Below, piece after piece: positions 20,881-32,322 of a stretch of DNA of 64,000 nt; the stretch's first letter is position 1; each line of letters starts with the position of its first letter. The DNA comes from an uncultured Actinomycetota bacterium (GTDB taxonomy: Bacteria; Actinomycetota; Actinomycetes; Propionibacteriales; Nocardioidaceae). The position numbers and the translations under genes are program-made. Location of the stretch: contig CAWJDH010000007.1 of NCBI GenBank assembly GCA_963841625.1, forward strand, positions 104,834 to 168,833, read 5' to 3'. The notes under the pieces were generated by a model. The model worked only from the letters and a program-made list of their open reading frames with translations, was not told the origin of the DNA and searched no databases.

Positions 20881-22223
20881 CAGGATCCGCCTCCTCGCTG
20901 GCCGGCCGGAGTGGTGACCGGCGTGCCCTTGTCGAACCTCAGCGCCTCGGCTGGGCCGCGTACGGCGCCACCGGCCGGCATCGGCGGGACGGGATAGCCA
21001 CCGGCGTAGACCTCGGTGGTGGCGTCTGCCGGCTCGGGCCGGCCCTCGCCCTCGGCCTCCTCCTTCTCACCCACGAAGAAGAGCACCACGAACAGCGCGG
21101 CGAGGACGCCGATGCCGCCGAGGAGGTACTGGGTGTCGACGCCGCCCTCGAGCCGGATGGAGCGGATCGTCGCGACCGCCACGATCCACAGCAGCGAGAT
21201 GGGGATGAGGCGCTTCCAGCCGAAGTGCATGAACTGGTCGTAGCGGAGTCGAGGCAGGGTCCCGCGCAGCCAGATGAAGATGAAGATGAAGAACATGACC
21301 TTGCCGAAGAACCACAGCAGCGGCCAGTAGCCCTCGTTGGCGCCGGGCCAGATGTGGACGATGCCCCAGGGTGCCGCCCAGCCGCCGAGGAACAGCGTGG
21401 TGGCCAGCGCCGAGACCGTGGCCATGTTGATGTACTCGGCGAGGAAGAACAGGGCGAACTTCAGGCTGGAGTACTCGGTGTGGAACCCGCCGACCAGCTC
21501 GCCCTCGGCCTCGGGGAGGTCGAACGGCGCACGGTTGGTCTCACCGACCATCGAGATCACGTAGATCGCGAAGGACGGCGCGAGGATCAGCGCGTACCAG
21601 AAGTCGCCCTGGGCGGCGACGATCCCCGAGGTCGACATCGACCCCGCGTAGAGGAACACCGCGACCAGCGCGAGCCCCATCGCCACCTCGTAGGAGATCA
21701 TCTGCGCGCTGGAGCGGAGCCCGCCGAGGAGGGAGTACGTCGACCCGCTGGACCAGCCGCCCAGCACGATGCCGTAGATGCCGACCGACGCGATCGCCAT
21801 CACGAAGAGCACCGCCACCGGCATGTCGGTGAGCTGGAGGGGGGTGGTGATGTCGGTGAACGGGACCTCGACCTCGGGTCCGAAGGGGATCACCGCGAAG
21901 GTCACGAAGGCCGGGACCGTCGCGATCACGGGCGCGATCAGGAAGACGACCTTGTCGGCGGCCTTCGGGATGATGTCCTCCTTCAGCGCCAGCTTGACGC
22001 CGTCGGCGAGCGACTGGAGGAGGCCGAAGGGTCCGTGCACGTTGGGACCGATCCGGTGCTGCATCCGGGCCACGACCCGGCGCTCGAACCAGATGTTGAA
22101 CAACGTGAGCAGCACCAGGACGACGAAGATCAACACCGCCTTGACCAGGACCAACCACCACGGGTCCTGACCGAAGGCCGAGAGGTCGTCGCCGGTGGTC
22201 TGCAGCGGGATGATCGAGATCAC
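20880..22223 (-). CDS. nuoH: NADH-quinone oxidoreductase subunit H
   Basis: [47 protein letters not shown]. Confidence 0.96.
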   Translation of the reverse strand: MISIIPLQTTGDDLSAFGQDPWWLVLVKAVLIFVVLVLLTLFNIWFERRVVARMQHRIGPNVHGPFGLLQSLADGVKLALKEDIIPKAADKVVFLIAPVIATVPAFVTFAVIPFGPEVEVPFTDITTPLQLTDMPVAVLFVMAIASVGIYGIVLGGWSSGSTYSLLGGLRSSAQMISYEVAMGLALVAVFLYAGSMSTSGIVAAQGDFWYALILAPSFAIYVISMVGETNRAPFDLPEAEGELVGGFHTEYSSLKFALFFLAEYINMATVSALATTLFLGGWAAPWGIVHIWPGANEGYWPLLWFFGKVMFFIFIFIWLRGTLPRLRYDQFMHFGWKRLIPISLLWIVAVATIRSIRLEGGVDTQYLLGGIGVLAALFVVLFFVGEKEEAEGEGRPEPADATTEVYAGGYPVPPMPAGGAVRGPAEALRFDKGTPVTTPAGQRGGGS

Positions 22224-24634
22224 GCGTTCCCTCCCGTCACGGTGACCCGGCTACCGGGCGAGGCGAGGTCCGCGAGGACTCCGCGCTTGAACGAGTTGGC
22301 CGGAACCCACACGGTGCCATCGGCGATGTCTGCGATCTCGGCGGGCAGCGTCACCGAGCCCCGGTCGCCCGTCAGCTTCACGATCGGGCCGACCGCGTCG
22401 TAGACCTCGGCCGGGACGCGGGCCACGGGAATCCGGGCGGTGGCCCGCATGTGCTCGTCGCCGTCCTGCATCGAGCCGTTGTCGATCATCTGCTTCCAGC
22501 TCGCCAGGGCCAGCCCGTCAGTGGACGCTCCGGCGGGCGAGGCGTCATGGCCGGTCAGGCTCGCGCGATCGCCGTCCCAGCCGCCGAAGTCCTCCATGTG
22601 GACCCGCGCCTCGTCGACCGTCCGGAAGCCGAGCGGGTGTCCGACACCGAGCGCGCTGAGCTCTTCGGCGATTCCGGCCAGGACCCGCAGGTCGGGCAGC
22701 GAGCCGGGGTTGCCGAGGATCGCGTCGAACTGACGGAGCCGTCCCTCCCAGTTGACGAAGGTGCCGGCCTTGTCGGTGACCGGGGCGACCGGCAGGACCA
22801 CGTCGGCGGCGCGGGTCACGTCGGTCTCCCGCAGCTCCAGGGACACCACGAACCGTGCGGCATCGATCGCGGAACGGGTGGCGGCCGGGTCGGCTGTGTC
22901 GTCGGGATCGACGCCACCGATGACGAGGCCGCCGATCTCGCCAGCGACGAGCGCGGCGACGATGCCGTCGGCGTCGCGGCCGAAGGCGGCGGGCAACGAG
23001 TCGACGCCCCACGCCGCGGCGGCGTCGACCCGCGCCGACGCGTCGGCGACGGGACGACCACCCGGCAGCAGGTTGGGCAGGCAGCCGGTCTCGACAGCGC
23101 CACGGTCTCCGGCCCGTCGCGGGACCCAGGCCAGCCGGGCACCGGTCTTCTGCGCCAGGGCCGCGGCAGCGGTGAGCGCTCCGGGCGAGGTGGCCAGGCG
23201 CTCCCCGACCAGGATGACCGCGGTCTTGTCGATGCCGAACTCGGAGTGCTCGACCAGGGAGTCCAGGACGGCGGCCTCTTCGCCTGGCACCGTCGGCAGC
23301 AACTGGCCGTTCATCTTCTGCAGGCCTCGGCTGGCGTAGGGCGCCACCGAGACCACCCGGGTCCCGCGCCGCGAGCCCTTGCGCAGGCGCAGGAAGATCG
23401 CGCCGGCCTCGTCCTCCGGCTCGAACCCGGCGAGCACCACGGTCGCGGCGGTCTCCAGGTCGGCGTAGGACACCGTGCGCCGGAGCACGACCTCGCTGGC
23501 CAGGAAGGACGCCTCCTCCTCCGACAGCGGCCGGGAGCGGAAGTCGATGTCGTTGGTGCCGAGAGAGAGCCGGGCGAACTTGCTGTAGGCGTAGGCGTCC
23601 TCGGCGGTCAGGCGCCCCCCGGTCAGGACGGCCGACGTGCCCGCGTCCCGGAGTCCGCGCGCGGCCACGGCGAACGCCTCGGGCCAGGAAGCGGGGCGAA
23701 GCTCACCCTCCTCGTCGCGGACCATCGGGTAGCGGAGGCGGTCGTCGGCCTGGGCGTACTGGAACGCGAAGCGGTCCTTGTCGGTGATCCACTCCTCGTT
23801 GACCTCAGGGTCGTTGCCGGACAGGCGTCGCATGACCTTGCCACGCCGGTGGTCGACCCGGATCGCCGAGCCGCAGGCGTCGTGCTCGGCCACGGAGGGC
23901 GAGGAGACGAGGTCGAACGGGCGGGAGCGGAAGCGGTAGTCGGCACTGGTCAGCGCACCGACCGGGCAGATCTGGATCGTGTTGCCCGAGAAGTAGGACT
24001 CGAACGGCTCCTTCTCGTAGATGCCGACCTGCTGAAGCGCCCCGCGCTCGACGAGGGCGATGAAGGGGTCACCGGCGATCTGCTCGGAGAAGCGGGTGCA
24101 CCGCGCGCACAAGACGCAGCGCTCGCGGTCGAGGAGGACCTGCGCGGAGATGTTGATCGGCTTGGGGAACGTCCGCTTGACGCCCTCGAAACGGCTCTCG
24201 CCCCGGCCGTTGGACATGGCCTGGTTCTGCAGCGGGCACTCGCCACCCTTGTCGCAGACCGGGCAGTCGAGCGGGTGGTTGATCAGCAGGAACTCCATGA
24301 TTCCCTGCTGGGCCTTGTCGGCGACCTTGCTGGTGGCCTGGGTCTCGACGACCATGCCCTCGGCGACCGGCAGGGTGCACGACGCCTGCGGCTTGGGGAA
24401 GCCGCGGCCGTTGCCGGCATCGGGCACCTCGACGAGGCACTGCCGGCAGGCTCCCACGGGGGCGAGCAGCGGGTGGTCGCAGAACCGCGGGATCTCCACC
24501 CCGACCTGCTCGGCGGCGCGGATGACCAGGGTGTCCTTGGGAACGCTGACCTGGACACCGTCGATGGTCAGCGAGACCAGGTCGGTCTTCTCCGGCAACT
24601 TCTCGCCGGTCGGGCTGGTCGAGACGGTGCTCAT
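22220..24634 (-). CDS. nuoG: NADH-quinone oxidoreductase subunit G
   Basis: [46 protein letters not shown]. Confidence 0.96.
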   Translation of the reverse strand: MSTVSTSPTGEKLPEKTDLVSLTIDGVQVSVPKDTLVIRAAEQVGVEIPRFCDHPLLAPVGACRQCLVEVPDAGNGRGFPKPQASCTLPVAEGMVVETQATSKVADKAQQGIMEFLLINHPLDCPVCDKGGECPLQNQAMSNGRGESRFEGVKRTFPKPINISAQVLLDRERCVLCARCTRFSEQIAGDPFIALVERGALQQVGIYEKEPFESYFSGNTIQICPVGALTSADYRFRSRPFDLVSSPSVAEHDACGSAIRVDHRRGKVMRRLSGNDPEVNEEWITDKDRFAFQYAQADDRLRYPMVRDEEGELRPASWPEAFAVAARGLRDAGTSAVLTGGRLTAEDAYAYSKFARLSLGTNDIDFRSRPLSEEEASFLASEVVLRRTVSYADLETAATVVLAGFEPEDEAGAIFLRLRKGSRRGTRVVSVAPYASRGLQKMNGQLLPTVPGEEAAVLDSLVEHSEFGIDKTAVILVGERLATSPGALTAAAALAQKTGARLAWVPRRAGDRGAVETGCLPNLLPGGRPVADASARVDAAAAWGVDSLPAAFGRDADGIVAALVAGEIGGLVIGGVDPDDTADPAATRSAIDAARFVVSLELRETDVTRAADVVLPVAPVTDKAGTFVNWEGRLRQFDAILGNPGSLPDLRVLAGIAEELSALGVGHPLGFRTVDEARVHMEDFGGWDGDRASLTGHDASPAGASTDGLALASWKQMIDNGSMQDGDEHMRATARIPVARVPAEVYDAVGPIVKLTGDRGSVTLPAEIADIADGTVWVPANSFKRGVLADLASPGSRVTVTGGNA

Positions 24635-25941
24635 GTGCGCGCTCCAGCGGTCGCGAAGAGGGTCGAGGCGGCCGGGTCGAAGGGACAGCCGCCGTGGCGG
24701 AAGTGCTCGAGGTACTCCTCGCGGAAGAACTCGATCGAGCTCTGGATGGGTGCCACCGCACCGTCGGCCAGAGCGCAGAAGGAGCGGCCCATGATGTTGT
24801 CGCACTGGTCGAGCAGCAGGTCGAGGTCGTCCTCGGTGCCCTGTCCCTTTTCGAGGCGGCCGAGCACCTGCACCAGCCACCAGGTGCCCTCGCGGCACGG
24901 GGTGCACTTGCCGCAGGACTCGTGCTTGTAGAACTCGGTCCACCGCAGCGTCGCGCGCACCACGCAGGTGGAGTCGTCGAAGATCTGGAGGGCGCGGGTG
25001 CCGAGCATGGAGCCCGCCTCGCCGATGCCCTCGAAGTCGAGCGGCACGTCGAGGTGCTCGTCGGTCAGCAGCGGCGTGCTCGAGCCGCCGGGAGTCCAGA
25101 ACTTCAGCTCGCGCCCCTCACGCATGCCGCCGGCGAGCTCGATCAGCCGGCGCAGGGTGATGCCGAGCGGCGCTTCGTACTGTCCGGGTCGGTTGACGTG
25201 GCCGGAGAGCGAGAAGATGCCGTAGCCCTTGGACTTCTCGGTGCCCATCGAGGAGAACCACCCGCTGCCGTGCTCGATGATGCTCGGCACGGAGGCGATC
25301 GACTCCACGTTGTTGATCACGGTCGGGCTGGCGTAGAGGCCGGCGACGGCGGGGAACGGCGGACGCAGCCGCGGCTGGCCGCGGCGACCCTCGAGCGAGT
25401 CGAGGAGCGCGGTCTCCTCCCCGCAGATGTAGGCGCCGGCACCGGCGTGGATCACCAGGTCGAGGTCGTAGCCCGAGCCGTGGATGTTCTTGCCCAGGTG
25501 GCCCGCCAGGTAGGCCTCCTGCACGGCGCGCTGCAGGCGGCGTACGACGTGGAGCACCTCGCCGCGCACGTAGATGAACGCGTGGTTGGCCCGGATCGCG
25601 AAGGAGCTGATGATCACGCCCTCGATCAGGGTGTGGGGGCTGGCCATCATCAGCGGGATGTCCTTGCAGGTGCCCGGCTCCGACTCGTCGGCGTTGACGA
25701 CGAGGTACTTCGGCTTGGGGTTGTCCTGCGGGATGAAGCCCCACTTCATCCCGGTCGGGAAGCCGGCACCGCCACGACCACGGAGGCCGGAGTCCTTGAC
25801 CTCCGCTACGACCTCCTCGGGCTTCATGCCGAGCGCCTTCTTCAGGGCGCCGTAGCCACCGCGCTCCTCGTAGGCGGACATGGTCCAGGAGCGCTCCTGG
25901 TCCCAGTTGTCGGTGAGGACAGGCGTGAGTGTGTCGGTCAC
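24631..25941 (-). CDS. nuoF: NADH-quinone oxidoreductase subunit F
   Basis: [43 protein letters not shown]. Confidence 0.96.
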   Translation of the reverse strand: MTDTLTPVLTDNWDQERSWTMSAYEERGGYGALKKALGMKPEEVVAEVKDSGLRGRGGAGFPTGMKWGFIPQDNPKPKYLVVNADESEPGTCKDIPLMMASPHTLIEGVIISSFAIRANHAFIYVRGEVLHVVRRLQRAVQEAYLAGHLGKNIHGSGYDLDLVIHAGAGAYICGEETALLDSLEGRRGQPRLRPPFPAVAGLYASPTVINNVESIASVPSIIEHGSGWFSSMGTEKSKGYGIFSLSGHVNRPGQYEAPLGITLRRLIELAGGMREGRELKFWTPGGSSTPLLTDEHLDVPLDFEGIGEAGSMLGTRALQIFDDSTCVVRATLRWTEFYKHESCGKCTPCREGTWWLVQVLGRLEKGQGTEDDLDLLLDQCDNIMGRSFCALADGAVAPIQSSIEFFREEYLEHFRHGGCPFDPAASTLFATAGART

Positions 25942-26588
25942 TTGCCACCCCCGGGCGCGGTCCAGTCGTTGTCTCGGGCGATCTCCAGCCCGACCAGGCT
26001 GGCGGGCCCGGCTGCCGGTCCCTCGTCGGCGAGGTCGTCGGGGAAGCCGGCGAGCACCCGCTCGGCCTCGCGCCAGGTGCACAGCCGCGGGCCCCGGGTG
26101 GAGTGGACCTCCTTGCCCTCGCGCAGGTCGTCGACCAGCTGGGTCGCGGACTGCGGGGTCATGTTGTCCATGAACTCCCAGTTGACGGTCATCACCGGGG
26201 CGTAGTCGCACGCTGCGTTGCACTCGACGTGCTCCAGGGTGATCTTGCCGTCCTCGGTGGTCTCGTCGTTGCCGACGTCGAGGTGCTCCTTGAGCCGCTC
26301 GAAGATCACGTCGCCGCCCATCACCGCGCACAGCGTGTTGGTGCAGACGCCGACGTGGTAGTCACCGACGGGCTTGCGCTTGTACATCGTGTAGAAGGTG
26401 GCGACCCCGCTCACCTCGGCCGCGGTGATGCCGAGTACGTCGGCGCAGGCCTCGATGCCCTCGGGCGTGATCCGACCCTGAGCCGACTGCACCAGGTGCA
26501 GCATCGGCAGCAGGCCCGACCGGGCCTGGGGGTAGCGGGCCGCGATCTCCTCGAGCTCCGCGCGGGTCGTGTCGTCGAGCTGGCTCAT
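25938..26588 (-). CDS. nuoE: NADH-quinone oxidoreductase subunit E
   Basis: [24 protein letters not shown]. Confidence 0.95.
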   Translation of the reverse strand: MSQLDDTTRAELEEIAARYPQARSGLLPMLHLVQSAQGRITPEGIEACADVLGITAAEVSGVATFYTMYKRKPVGDYHVGVCTNTLCAVMGGDVIFERLKEHLDVGNDETTEDGKITLEHVECNAACDYAPVMTVNWEFMDNMTPQSATQLVDDLREGKEVHSTRGPRLCTWREAERVLAGFPDDLADEGPAAGPASLVGLEIARDNDWTAPGGGK

Positions 26589-27922
26589 CTGTCGACCCCT
26601 CCCATCACCGGGTCGATGGACGCGATCGCCACGATCACATCGGCCACCATCCCACCCTCGCTCATCACGCTGGTGGCCTGGAGGTTGGTGAACGACGGAT
26701 CGCGGAAGTGCGCGCGGAACGGTCGGGTCCCGCCGTCGGAGACGACGTGGGCACCGAGCTCGCCTCGGGGCGACTCGACCGGCACGTAGGCCTGTCCGGC
26801 CGGCACCCGGAACCCCTCGGTGACCAGCTTGAAGTGGTGGATCAGGGCCTCCATCGACTCACCCATGATGTGACGGATGTGGTCGAGGCTGTTGCCCATG
26901 CCGTCGCTGCCGATGGAGAGCTGGCTGGGCCAGGCGATCTTCTTGTCGCCCACCATCACCGGCGCGCCCTCCAGGCCGGCCAGCCGGTCGGCGGCCTGCT
27001 CGACGATCTTCAGCGACTCGCCCATCTCGCCCAGGCGGATCCGGAACCGGCCGTAGGAGTCGCATGTGTCCCAGGTCTGGACCTCGAAGTCGTAGTCCTC
27101 GTAGCCGCAGTAGGGCTGGGTCTTGCGCAGGTCCCAGGGGTAGCCGGTGCTCCGCAGGACCGGCCCGGACATCCCGAGCGCGAGGCAGCCGGCGAGGTCG
27201 AGGTGGCCGACGTTCTCGAGGCGGGCCTTGAAGATCGGGTTGGCGTTGCAGAGGGCGGCGTACTCGGTCAGGCGCTTCTTCATCAGTGCGACGAAGTCAC
27301 GGATCTCGTCGAGCGCACCCGGCGGGAGGTCCTGGGCGACGCCACCCGGACGGATGTAGGCGTGGTTCATCCGCAGGCCGGTGATCAGCTCGAAGAGGTC
27401 GAGCACGAGCTCCCGCTCCCGGAACCCGATCGTCATCACCGTGAGCGCGCCGATCTCCATCCCGCCGGTGGCGATGCAGACCAGGTGGGAGGAGATCCGG
27501 TTGAGCTCCATGAGCAGAACCCGCAGGACCTGGGCCTTCTCCGGGATCTCGTCCTCGATGTCGAGGAGCCGCTCGACGCCGAAGGCGTAGGTGGCCTCGT
27601 TGTAGAACGGGCTGAGGTAGTCCATCCGGGTGCAGAACGTGGTGCCCTGCACCCAGGTGCGGTACTCCATGTTCTTCTCGATGCCGGTGTGGAGGTAGCC
27701 GATCCCGCAGCGGGCCTCCTTCACCGTCTCGCCCTCGAGCTCGAGGATCAGGCGGAGCACACCGTGGGTGCTGGGGTGCTGCGGCCCCATGTTGACGACG
27801 ACCCGCTCCTCGGCCTCCTCCCCGAGCTCCTCGGAGATGGAGTCCCAGTCCTGTCCGGTGACGGTGAAGACCTTGCCCTGGGAGGTCTCGGAGGTGCCGG
27901 CGTAGTAGTCCTGCTGAGTCAT
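26585..27922 (-). CDS. nuoD: NADH-quinone oxidoreductase subunit D
   Basis: [33 protein letters not shown]-terminal GGVDR. Confidence 0.96.
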   Translation of the reverse strand: MTQQDYYAGTSETSQGKVFTVTGQDWDSISEELGEEAEERVVVNMGPQHPSTHGVLRLILELEGETVKEARCGIGYLHTGIEKNMEYRTWVQGTTFCTRMDYLSPFYNEATYAFGVERLLDIEDEIPEKAQVLRVLLMELNRISSHLVCIATGGMEIGALTVMTIGFRERELVLDLFELITGLRMNHAYIRPGGVAQDLPPGALDEIRDFVALMKKRLTEYAALCNANPIFKARLENVGHLDLAGCLALGMSGPVLRSTGYPWDLRKTQPYCGYEDYDFEVQTWDTCDSYGRFRIRLGEMGESLKIVEQAADRLAGLEGAPVMVGDKKIAWPSQLSIGSDGMGNSLDHIRHIMGESMEALIHHFKLVTEGFRVPAGQAYVPVESPRGELGAHVVSDGGTRPFRAHFRDPSFTNLQATSVMSEGGMVADVIVAIASIDPVMGGVDR

Positions 27923-28656
27923 GTGTAGGACCTCCGCTCGTCGGGCGGCGGGATGCTGCCGCCCTTGTACTCGACCGGGATCCCGCCGAGGGGGTAGTCC
28001 TTGCGCTGCGGGTGCCCCGGCCAGTCGTCGGGCATCAGGATCCGGGTCAGCGCCGGGTGGCCGTCGAAGACGATGCCGAACATGTCGAACGTCTCGCGCT
28101 CGTGCCAGTCGTTGGTGGGGTAGATGCTGACGATGCTCGGGATGTGGGGATCGGCGTCGGGCGCAGTGACCTCGAGGCGGATCCGCCGGTTGTGGGTCAT
28201 CGACAGCAGGTGGTAGACCGCGTGCAGCTCGCGGCCCTCGTCCTGCGGGTAGTGGACCCCACTGACCCCGGAGCAGAACTCGAACCGCAGCGAGTCGTCG
28301 TCGCGCAGCATCTGGGCCACGAAGGGCAGGTCCTGGCGCCGGACGTGGAAGGTGATCTCGCCTCGATGGATCACCACCCGCTCGACGGCGTGCTCGAGGT
28401 CGGTTTCGCGCAGTCGGGCCTCGAGCGCGTCGGCGACCTCGTCGAACCAGCCGCCGAAGGGGCGCTGGCTGGCGGCAGGGAACACGATCGGGTCGACCAG
28501 GCCGCCGTACCCGCTGGTGTCGCCGGAGCCCCGCGCGCCGAACATGCCGCGGCGCACGCCGACGGCGTTCTCGGTGGTGGTGCCGGCGCGGACGACGTCC
28601 TGGGTGCGGGTGCCCCGCTCCTTGTCGCTCTGCGACCCGGTCTGCTCGTCGCTCAT
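27919..28656 (-). CDS. nuoC: NADH-quinone oxidoreductase subunit C
   Basis: [28 protein letters not shown]. Confidence 0.95.
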   Translation of the reverse strand: MSDEQTGSQSDKERGTRTQDVVRAGTTTENAVGVRRGMFGARGSGDTSGYGGLVDPIVFPAASQRPFGGWFDEVADALEARLRETDLEHAVERVVIHRGEITFHVRRQDLPFVAQMLRDDDSLRFEFCSGVSGVHYPQDEGRELHAVYHLLSMTHNRRIRLEVTAPDADPHIPSIVSIYPTNDWHERETFDMFGIVFDGHPALTRILMPDDWPGHPQRKDYPLGGIPVEYKGGSIPPPDERRSYT

Positions 28657-29207
28657 CGCAGGAGGCCCCTCATCTCGGAGGTGGGCGGGGCGTTGAGGGC
28701 GGCGGTCTCGCGCTCGACGATCTGGTCTCGGCGGTTGCTGCCGAGCTTGCCGGCCTTGACCTGGTCGTGCAGCTTGAGGATGGCGTCGATCAGCATCTCG
28801 GGCCGCGGCGGGCAGCCGGGGAGGTACATGTCGACGGGTACGACGTGGTCGACGCCCTGGACGATGGCGTAGTTGTTGAACATGCCGCCGCTGCTGGCGC
28901 AGACCCCCATCGCAAGGACCCACTTCGGGTCGGGCATCTGGTCGTAGATCTGCCGAAGCACCGGGGCCATCTTCTGGCTGACCCGTCCGGCGACGATCAT
29001 CAGGTCTGCCTGGCGGGGGCTGGCCCGGAAGACCTCCATGCCGAACCGGGCGAGGTCGTACTTGGGGCCGCCGCTGGTCATCATCTCGATCGCGCAGCAC
29101 GCGAGACCGAACGTGGCCGGCCAGAAGCTGGCCTTGCGCATGTAGCCGGCGACACCCTCGACCGTGGTCAGCAGGACGCCGCTCGGAAGCTTCTCCTCAA
29201 CACCCAT
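28653..29207 (-). CDS. nuoB: NADH-quinone oxidoreductase subunit B
   Basis: [29 protein letters not shown]. Confidence 0.96.
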   Translation of the reverse strand: MGVEEKLPSGVLLTTVEGVAGYMRKASFWPATFGLACCAIEMMTSGGPKYDLARFGMEVFRASPRQADLMIVAGRVSQKMAPVLRQIYDQMPDPKWVLAMGVCASSGGMFNNYAIVQGVDHVVPVDMYLPGCPPRPEMLIDAILKLHDQVKAGKLGSNRRDQIVERETAALNAPPTSEMRGLLR

Positions 29208-29210
29208 GGT

Positions 29211-29570
29211 CTAGTCCCAATCCAATCCGCCCCTGCGCCATACGTAGGCGTAGGCGACGAACACGGTGGCGATGAACAGGACCATCTCGACGAGCCCGAA
29301 GAACGCCATCTGATCGAAGTTCACGGCCCACGGGTAGAGGAAGATGATCTCGATGTCGAAGACGATGAACATCATCGCGGTGATGTAGTACTTCACCGGG
29401 AAGCGCCCGCCGCCCACGGGCTGTGGTGTGGGCTCGATGCCGCACTCGTAGGAGTCGAGCTTGGCCCGGTTGTAGCGCTTGGGGCCGACGAGCGAGCTCA
29501 TGATCACCGAGAAGATCGCGAAGCCGGCTGCGAGGATTCCCAGCACGAGGACCGGTGTGTAGAGCTCCAT
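29211..29570 (-). CDS. nuoA: NADH-quinone oxidoreductase subunit A
   Basis: YECGIEP, FIVFDIEIIFLYPWA; RBS GGAAGGGA upstream of the ATG at 29570. Confidence 0.95.
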   Translation of the reverse strand: MELYTPVLVLGILAAGFAIFSVIMSSLVGPKRYNRAKLDSYECGIEPTPQPVGGGRFPVKYYITAMMFIVFDIEIIFLYPWAVNFDQMAFFGLVEMVLFIATVFVAYAYVWRRGGLDWD

Positions 29571-29610
29571 CGGCGCGCTTCCCTTCCGCTCGTCCCGCCC
29601 GGTTGTGACC

Positions 29611-29628
29611 TTGTGAACAGGTTCACTA
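29611..29628. promoter_or_regulatory. Rex operator upstream of nuoA
   Basis: TTGTGAACAGGTTCACTA vs consensus TTGTGAAnnnnTTCACAA (1 mismatch); Rex control of nuo is established in Streptomyces. Confidence 0.8.
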
Positions 29629-29695
29629 AGTGGCGCAGGGCACAGTCTAGGGCGCAGCGGACCCCGGCGCACCCCGGGGTCGGGAGGCCCCGCGG

Positions 29696-30385
29696 CTAGC
29701 GGGTGGCGCGGTGGAGGGCCACGATCCCGCCGGACAGGTTGCGCCATTCAGGGGCCCGCCAACCCGCCTGCGCAACCAGGTCCGCAAGGCCGCGCTGGTC
29801 CGGCCAGGCCCGGATCGACTCGGCCAGGTAGACGTAGGCGTCCGGGGACGACGAGACGGCCCGGGCGATCGCGGGCAGCGCCTTCATCAGGTACTCCAGG
29901 TACGCCGTTCGGAACGCCGCGTTCGTCGGGTGGCTGAACTCGCAGACCACCAGCCGCCCGCCGGGCCGGGTGACCCGCCGCATCTCCCGCAACCCGGCAC
30001 GCGGGTCGACGATGTTGCGCAGCCCGAAGGAGATGGTCACCGCGTCGAAGGTGTCGTCGGCGAACGGCAGCCGGGTCGCGTCACCGGCTGTGAAGGGCAG
30101 CGAGGGTCGCGCCTGCTTCCCCACCCGCAGCATGCCGAGCGAGAAGTCGCACGGCACAACGGTGGCTCCGCGATCGACGAACGGCTCGCTCGAGGTGCCG
30201 GTCCCGGCGGCCAGGTCGAGCACCAGGTCCCCCCGCACCGGAGCGACCGCGTCGATCACGTCACGCCGCCAGCGACGGTCCTGGCCGAGGGACAGGACGT
30301 CGTTGGTCAGGTCGTAGCGACGCGCGACGGCGTCGAACATCCGGCGTACGTCGGTGGGTTGCTTGTCGAGCTCGGCACGGGCCAC
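29696..30385 (-). CDS. menG: Demethylmenaquinone methyltransferase
   Basis: [46 protein letters not shown]. Confidence 0.93.
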   Translation of the reverse strand: MARAELDKQPTDVRRMFDAVARRYDLTNDVLSLGQDRRWRRDVIDAVAPVRGDLVLDLAAGTGTSSEPFVDRGATVVPCDFSLGMLRVGKQARPSLPFTAGDATRLPFADDTFDAVTISFGLRNIVDPRAGLREMRRVTRPGGRLVVCEFSHPTNAAFRTAYLEYLMKALPAIARAVSSSPDAYVYLAESIRAWPDQRGLADLVAQAGWRAPEWRNLSGGIVALHRATR

Positions 30386-30444
30386 GCGGAGAGCCTACGG
30401 CCGGTCGACGGAAGGCAACGAAGTGGTCACGAAGGCACGCTGAC

Positions 30445-30471
30445 GCAACCAAATCCACGGATCCGGCGTCT
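30445..30471 (+). promoter_or_regulatory. ECF-sigma (Streptomyces SigE-like) promoter
   Basis: GCAAC-N17-CGTCT directly upstream of an L,D-transpeptidase gene. Confidence 0.55.
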
Positions 30472-30515
30472 CTGTCGTGACACTGGAAGACCCCTCTCGG
30501 GTCAAGGGAGAAGAG

Positions 30516-31598
30516 ATGAAGGCACTCCGCACACTGTTGGCGGCCGTCCTGATGGTCGGCGCGCTGTCTGTCGCGGCCTACGGCGCCGGCCTCGCGCTGG
30601 GCTCGCACGAGGCGTCGTCCGCGAGAGATGAGCGGTCCTCACCACAGCCCTCGGCACAGCCCAGCGAGACTTCTCTTCCGGCCCGCCGGACCGTCCCCGG
30701 GCAGGACCTGGGGGTGGAGTTCCGGTTGGACCCCGGTGACCGGGGCGTGAAGGTCCGTGAGCTGCAGTCGCGGCTCTTCCAGCTCGCGTGGTTCCCGGAG
30801 CTGACCACCGGCCGCTACGACCCCGCGACCCGCGCGGCAGTCCGGGGCTTCCAGGAGAGGCGCCGCCTGGAGGCCACCGGCATCACCGACGAGCGGACGT
30901 GGAAGCGGCTGGCCTCGATGACGAAGCGGCCGACGCACGACCAGCTCTTCAACATCCTGCACCCGGGACCGGCGATCCTCTCGGTCGGCGACCGAGGCAC
31001 CGACGTGCGCGACCTGCAGGCCAGGCTCGTGGCGATCCAGTGGATCTTCGGCGACGTGACCGGACACTACGACCGGGAGACGGTCCAGGCCGTCCGGGGT
31101 TTCCAGGACAAGCGGCAGATCCCGGTCACCGGCGAGGTCGACCAGCGCACCCTGGACCGGCTGCACGCGATGACCTACCAGCCGACGTACGAACAGATGC
31201 ACAACATCGAGCCGAAGCTGGGTGCGCTCGACCCTCGGTGCAAGACCGGGCGGGCGCTGTGCGTCGACAAGTCCTCCAACTCCCTCCGGTGGGTCGTCGA
31301 CGGTGAGATCATCTCCACCTTCGACGTGCGCTTCGGCTCCGATGAGCTGCCGACGAGGGAGGGTGCATTCACGGTCTTCTCGAAGTCGCGGGACCACGTG
31401 TCGAGCCTCTACGACACCTCGATGCCGTACGCGATGTTCTTCTCCGGCGGCCAGGCCGTTCACTACTCACCGGACTTCGCCGCCACCGGCTACAACGGCG
31501 CCTCGCACGGCTGCGTGAACGTCCGCGACTACGACGGGATCGTGGCGCTGTTCGACCAGGTGCAGATCGGCGACAAGGTGATCGTCTACTGGTCCTGA
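30516..31598 (+). CDS. L,D-transpeptidase with two peptidoglycan-binding domains
   Basis: N-terminal signal/TM segment; two PG_binding_1-like repeats (VRELQSRL...AVRGFQ...TG); YkuD motif AVHYS...GASHGCVN. Confidence 0.9.
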   Translation: MKALRTLLAAVLMVGALSVAAYGAGLALGSHEASSARDERSSPQPSAQPSETSLPARRTVPGQDLGVEFRLDPGDRGVKVRELQSRLFQLAWFPELTTGRYDPATRAAVRGFQERRRLEATGITDERTWKRLASMTKRPTHDQLFNILHPGPAILSVGDRGTDVRDLQARLVAIQWIFGDVTGHYDRETVQAVRGFQDKRQIPVTGEVDQRTLDRLHAMTYQPTYEQMHNIEPKLGALDPRCKTGRALCVDKSSNSLRWVVDGEIISTFDVRFGSDELPTREGAFTVFSKSRDHVSSLYDTSMPYAMFFSGGQAVHYSPDFAATGYNGASHGCVNVRDYDGIVALFDQVQIGDKVIVYWS

Positions 31599-31656
31599 CG
31601 TGCCGCGCTGAGGCGTTGTTGATGTTCGTGTGACGCGCACTCAACATCCTGTGGCC

Positions 31657-32322
31657 GTGGGCAAGATCCTGCTGATCGACGACGAACCCGAGATGGTCCG
31701 GTTCATCCACCGCGCCCTGGAGAACGAGGGCCACTGCGTGGTCACCAGCACCGACGGGGCGGAGGGGCTGAGTCGCGCCCTGGCCGATCACCCCGACCTG
31801 GTCGTGCTCGACCTGCTGATGCCCGGCGTCAACGGCCAGGCCGTGCTCGGAGGGCTGATCGCCCACGACCCCGACCAGAAGGTGCTGGTGCTGTCGGCCG
31901 CCGCCGACGTGCAGACCCGCGTCGAGTGCCTGGAGCGCGGCGCCGTCGACTTCATGCCCAAGCCCTTCGCGGTCCGCGAGCTGCTCGCCCGAGTGCGCAC
32001 CCGGCTCCGGGGCGTCCCCGTCGCCGGCACCCAGGACCTCGTGCGGCTCGGCGGTCTCACCCTGGACCTGCGCCGCTGTGAGCTGCGGGTCCGCGGCCGG
32101 GTCTGCGAGCTCACCCACCGGGAGTTCCTCCTGCTCCAGTGCCTGATGCGGAGGGAGGGCGGCGCCTGCTCGCGGGCGGAGCTGCTGTCGGAGGTCTGGG
32201 GCTACGACTTCGATCCCGGGACCAACGTGGTGGACGCCTGCGTCGCGCGGCTGCGCAGCAAGCTTCCCGGCGACATCGTGCGGACGGTGCGCAATGTTGG
32301 CTACCGAGTCCAGGCCGTCTGA
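31657..32322 (+). CDS. OmpR-family response regulator
   Basis: ILLIDDE, VLDLLMPG, KPF; winged helix LTHREFLLL...VWGYDFDPGTNVVD...TVRNVGY; start uncertain (31630-31657). Confidence 0.92.
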   Translation: MGKILLIDDEPEMVRFIHRALENEGHCVVTSTDGAEGLSRALADHPDLVVLDLLMPGVNGQAVLGGLIAHDPDQKVLVLSAAADVQTRVECLERGAVDFMPKPFAVRELLARVRTRLRGVPVAGTQDLVRLGGLTLDLRRCELRVRGRVCELTHREFLLLQCLMRREGGACSRAELLSEVWGYDFDPGTNVVDACVARLRSKLPGDIVRTVRNVGYRVQAV

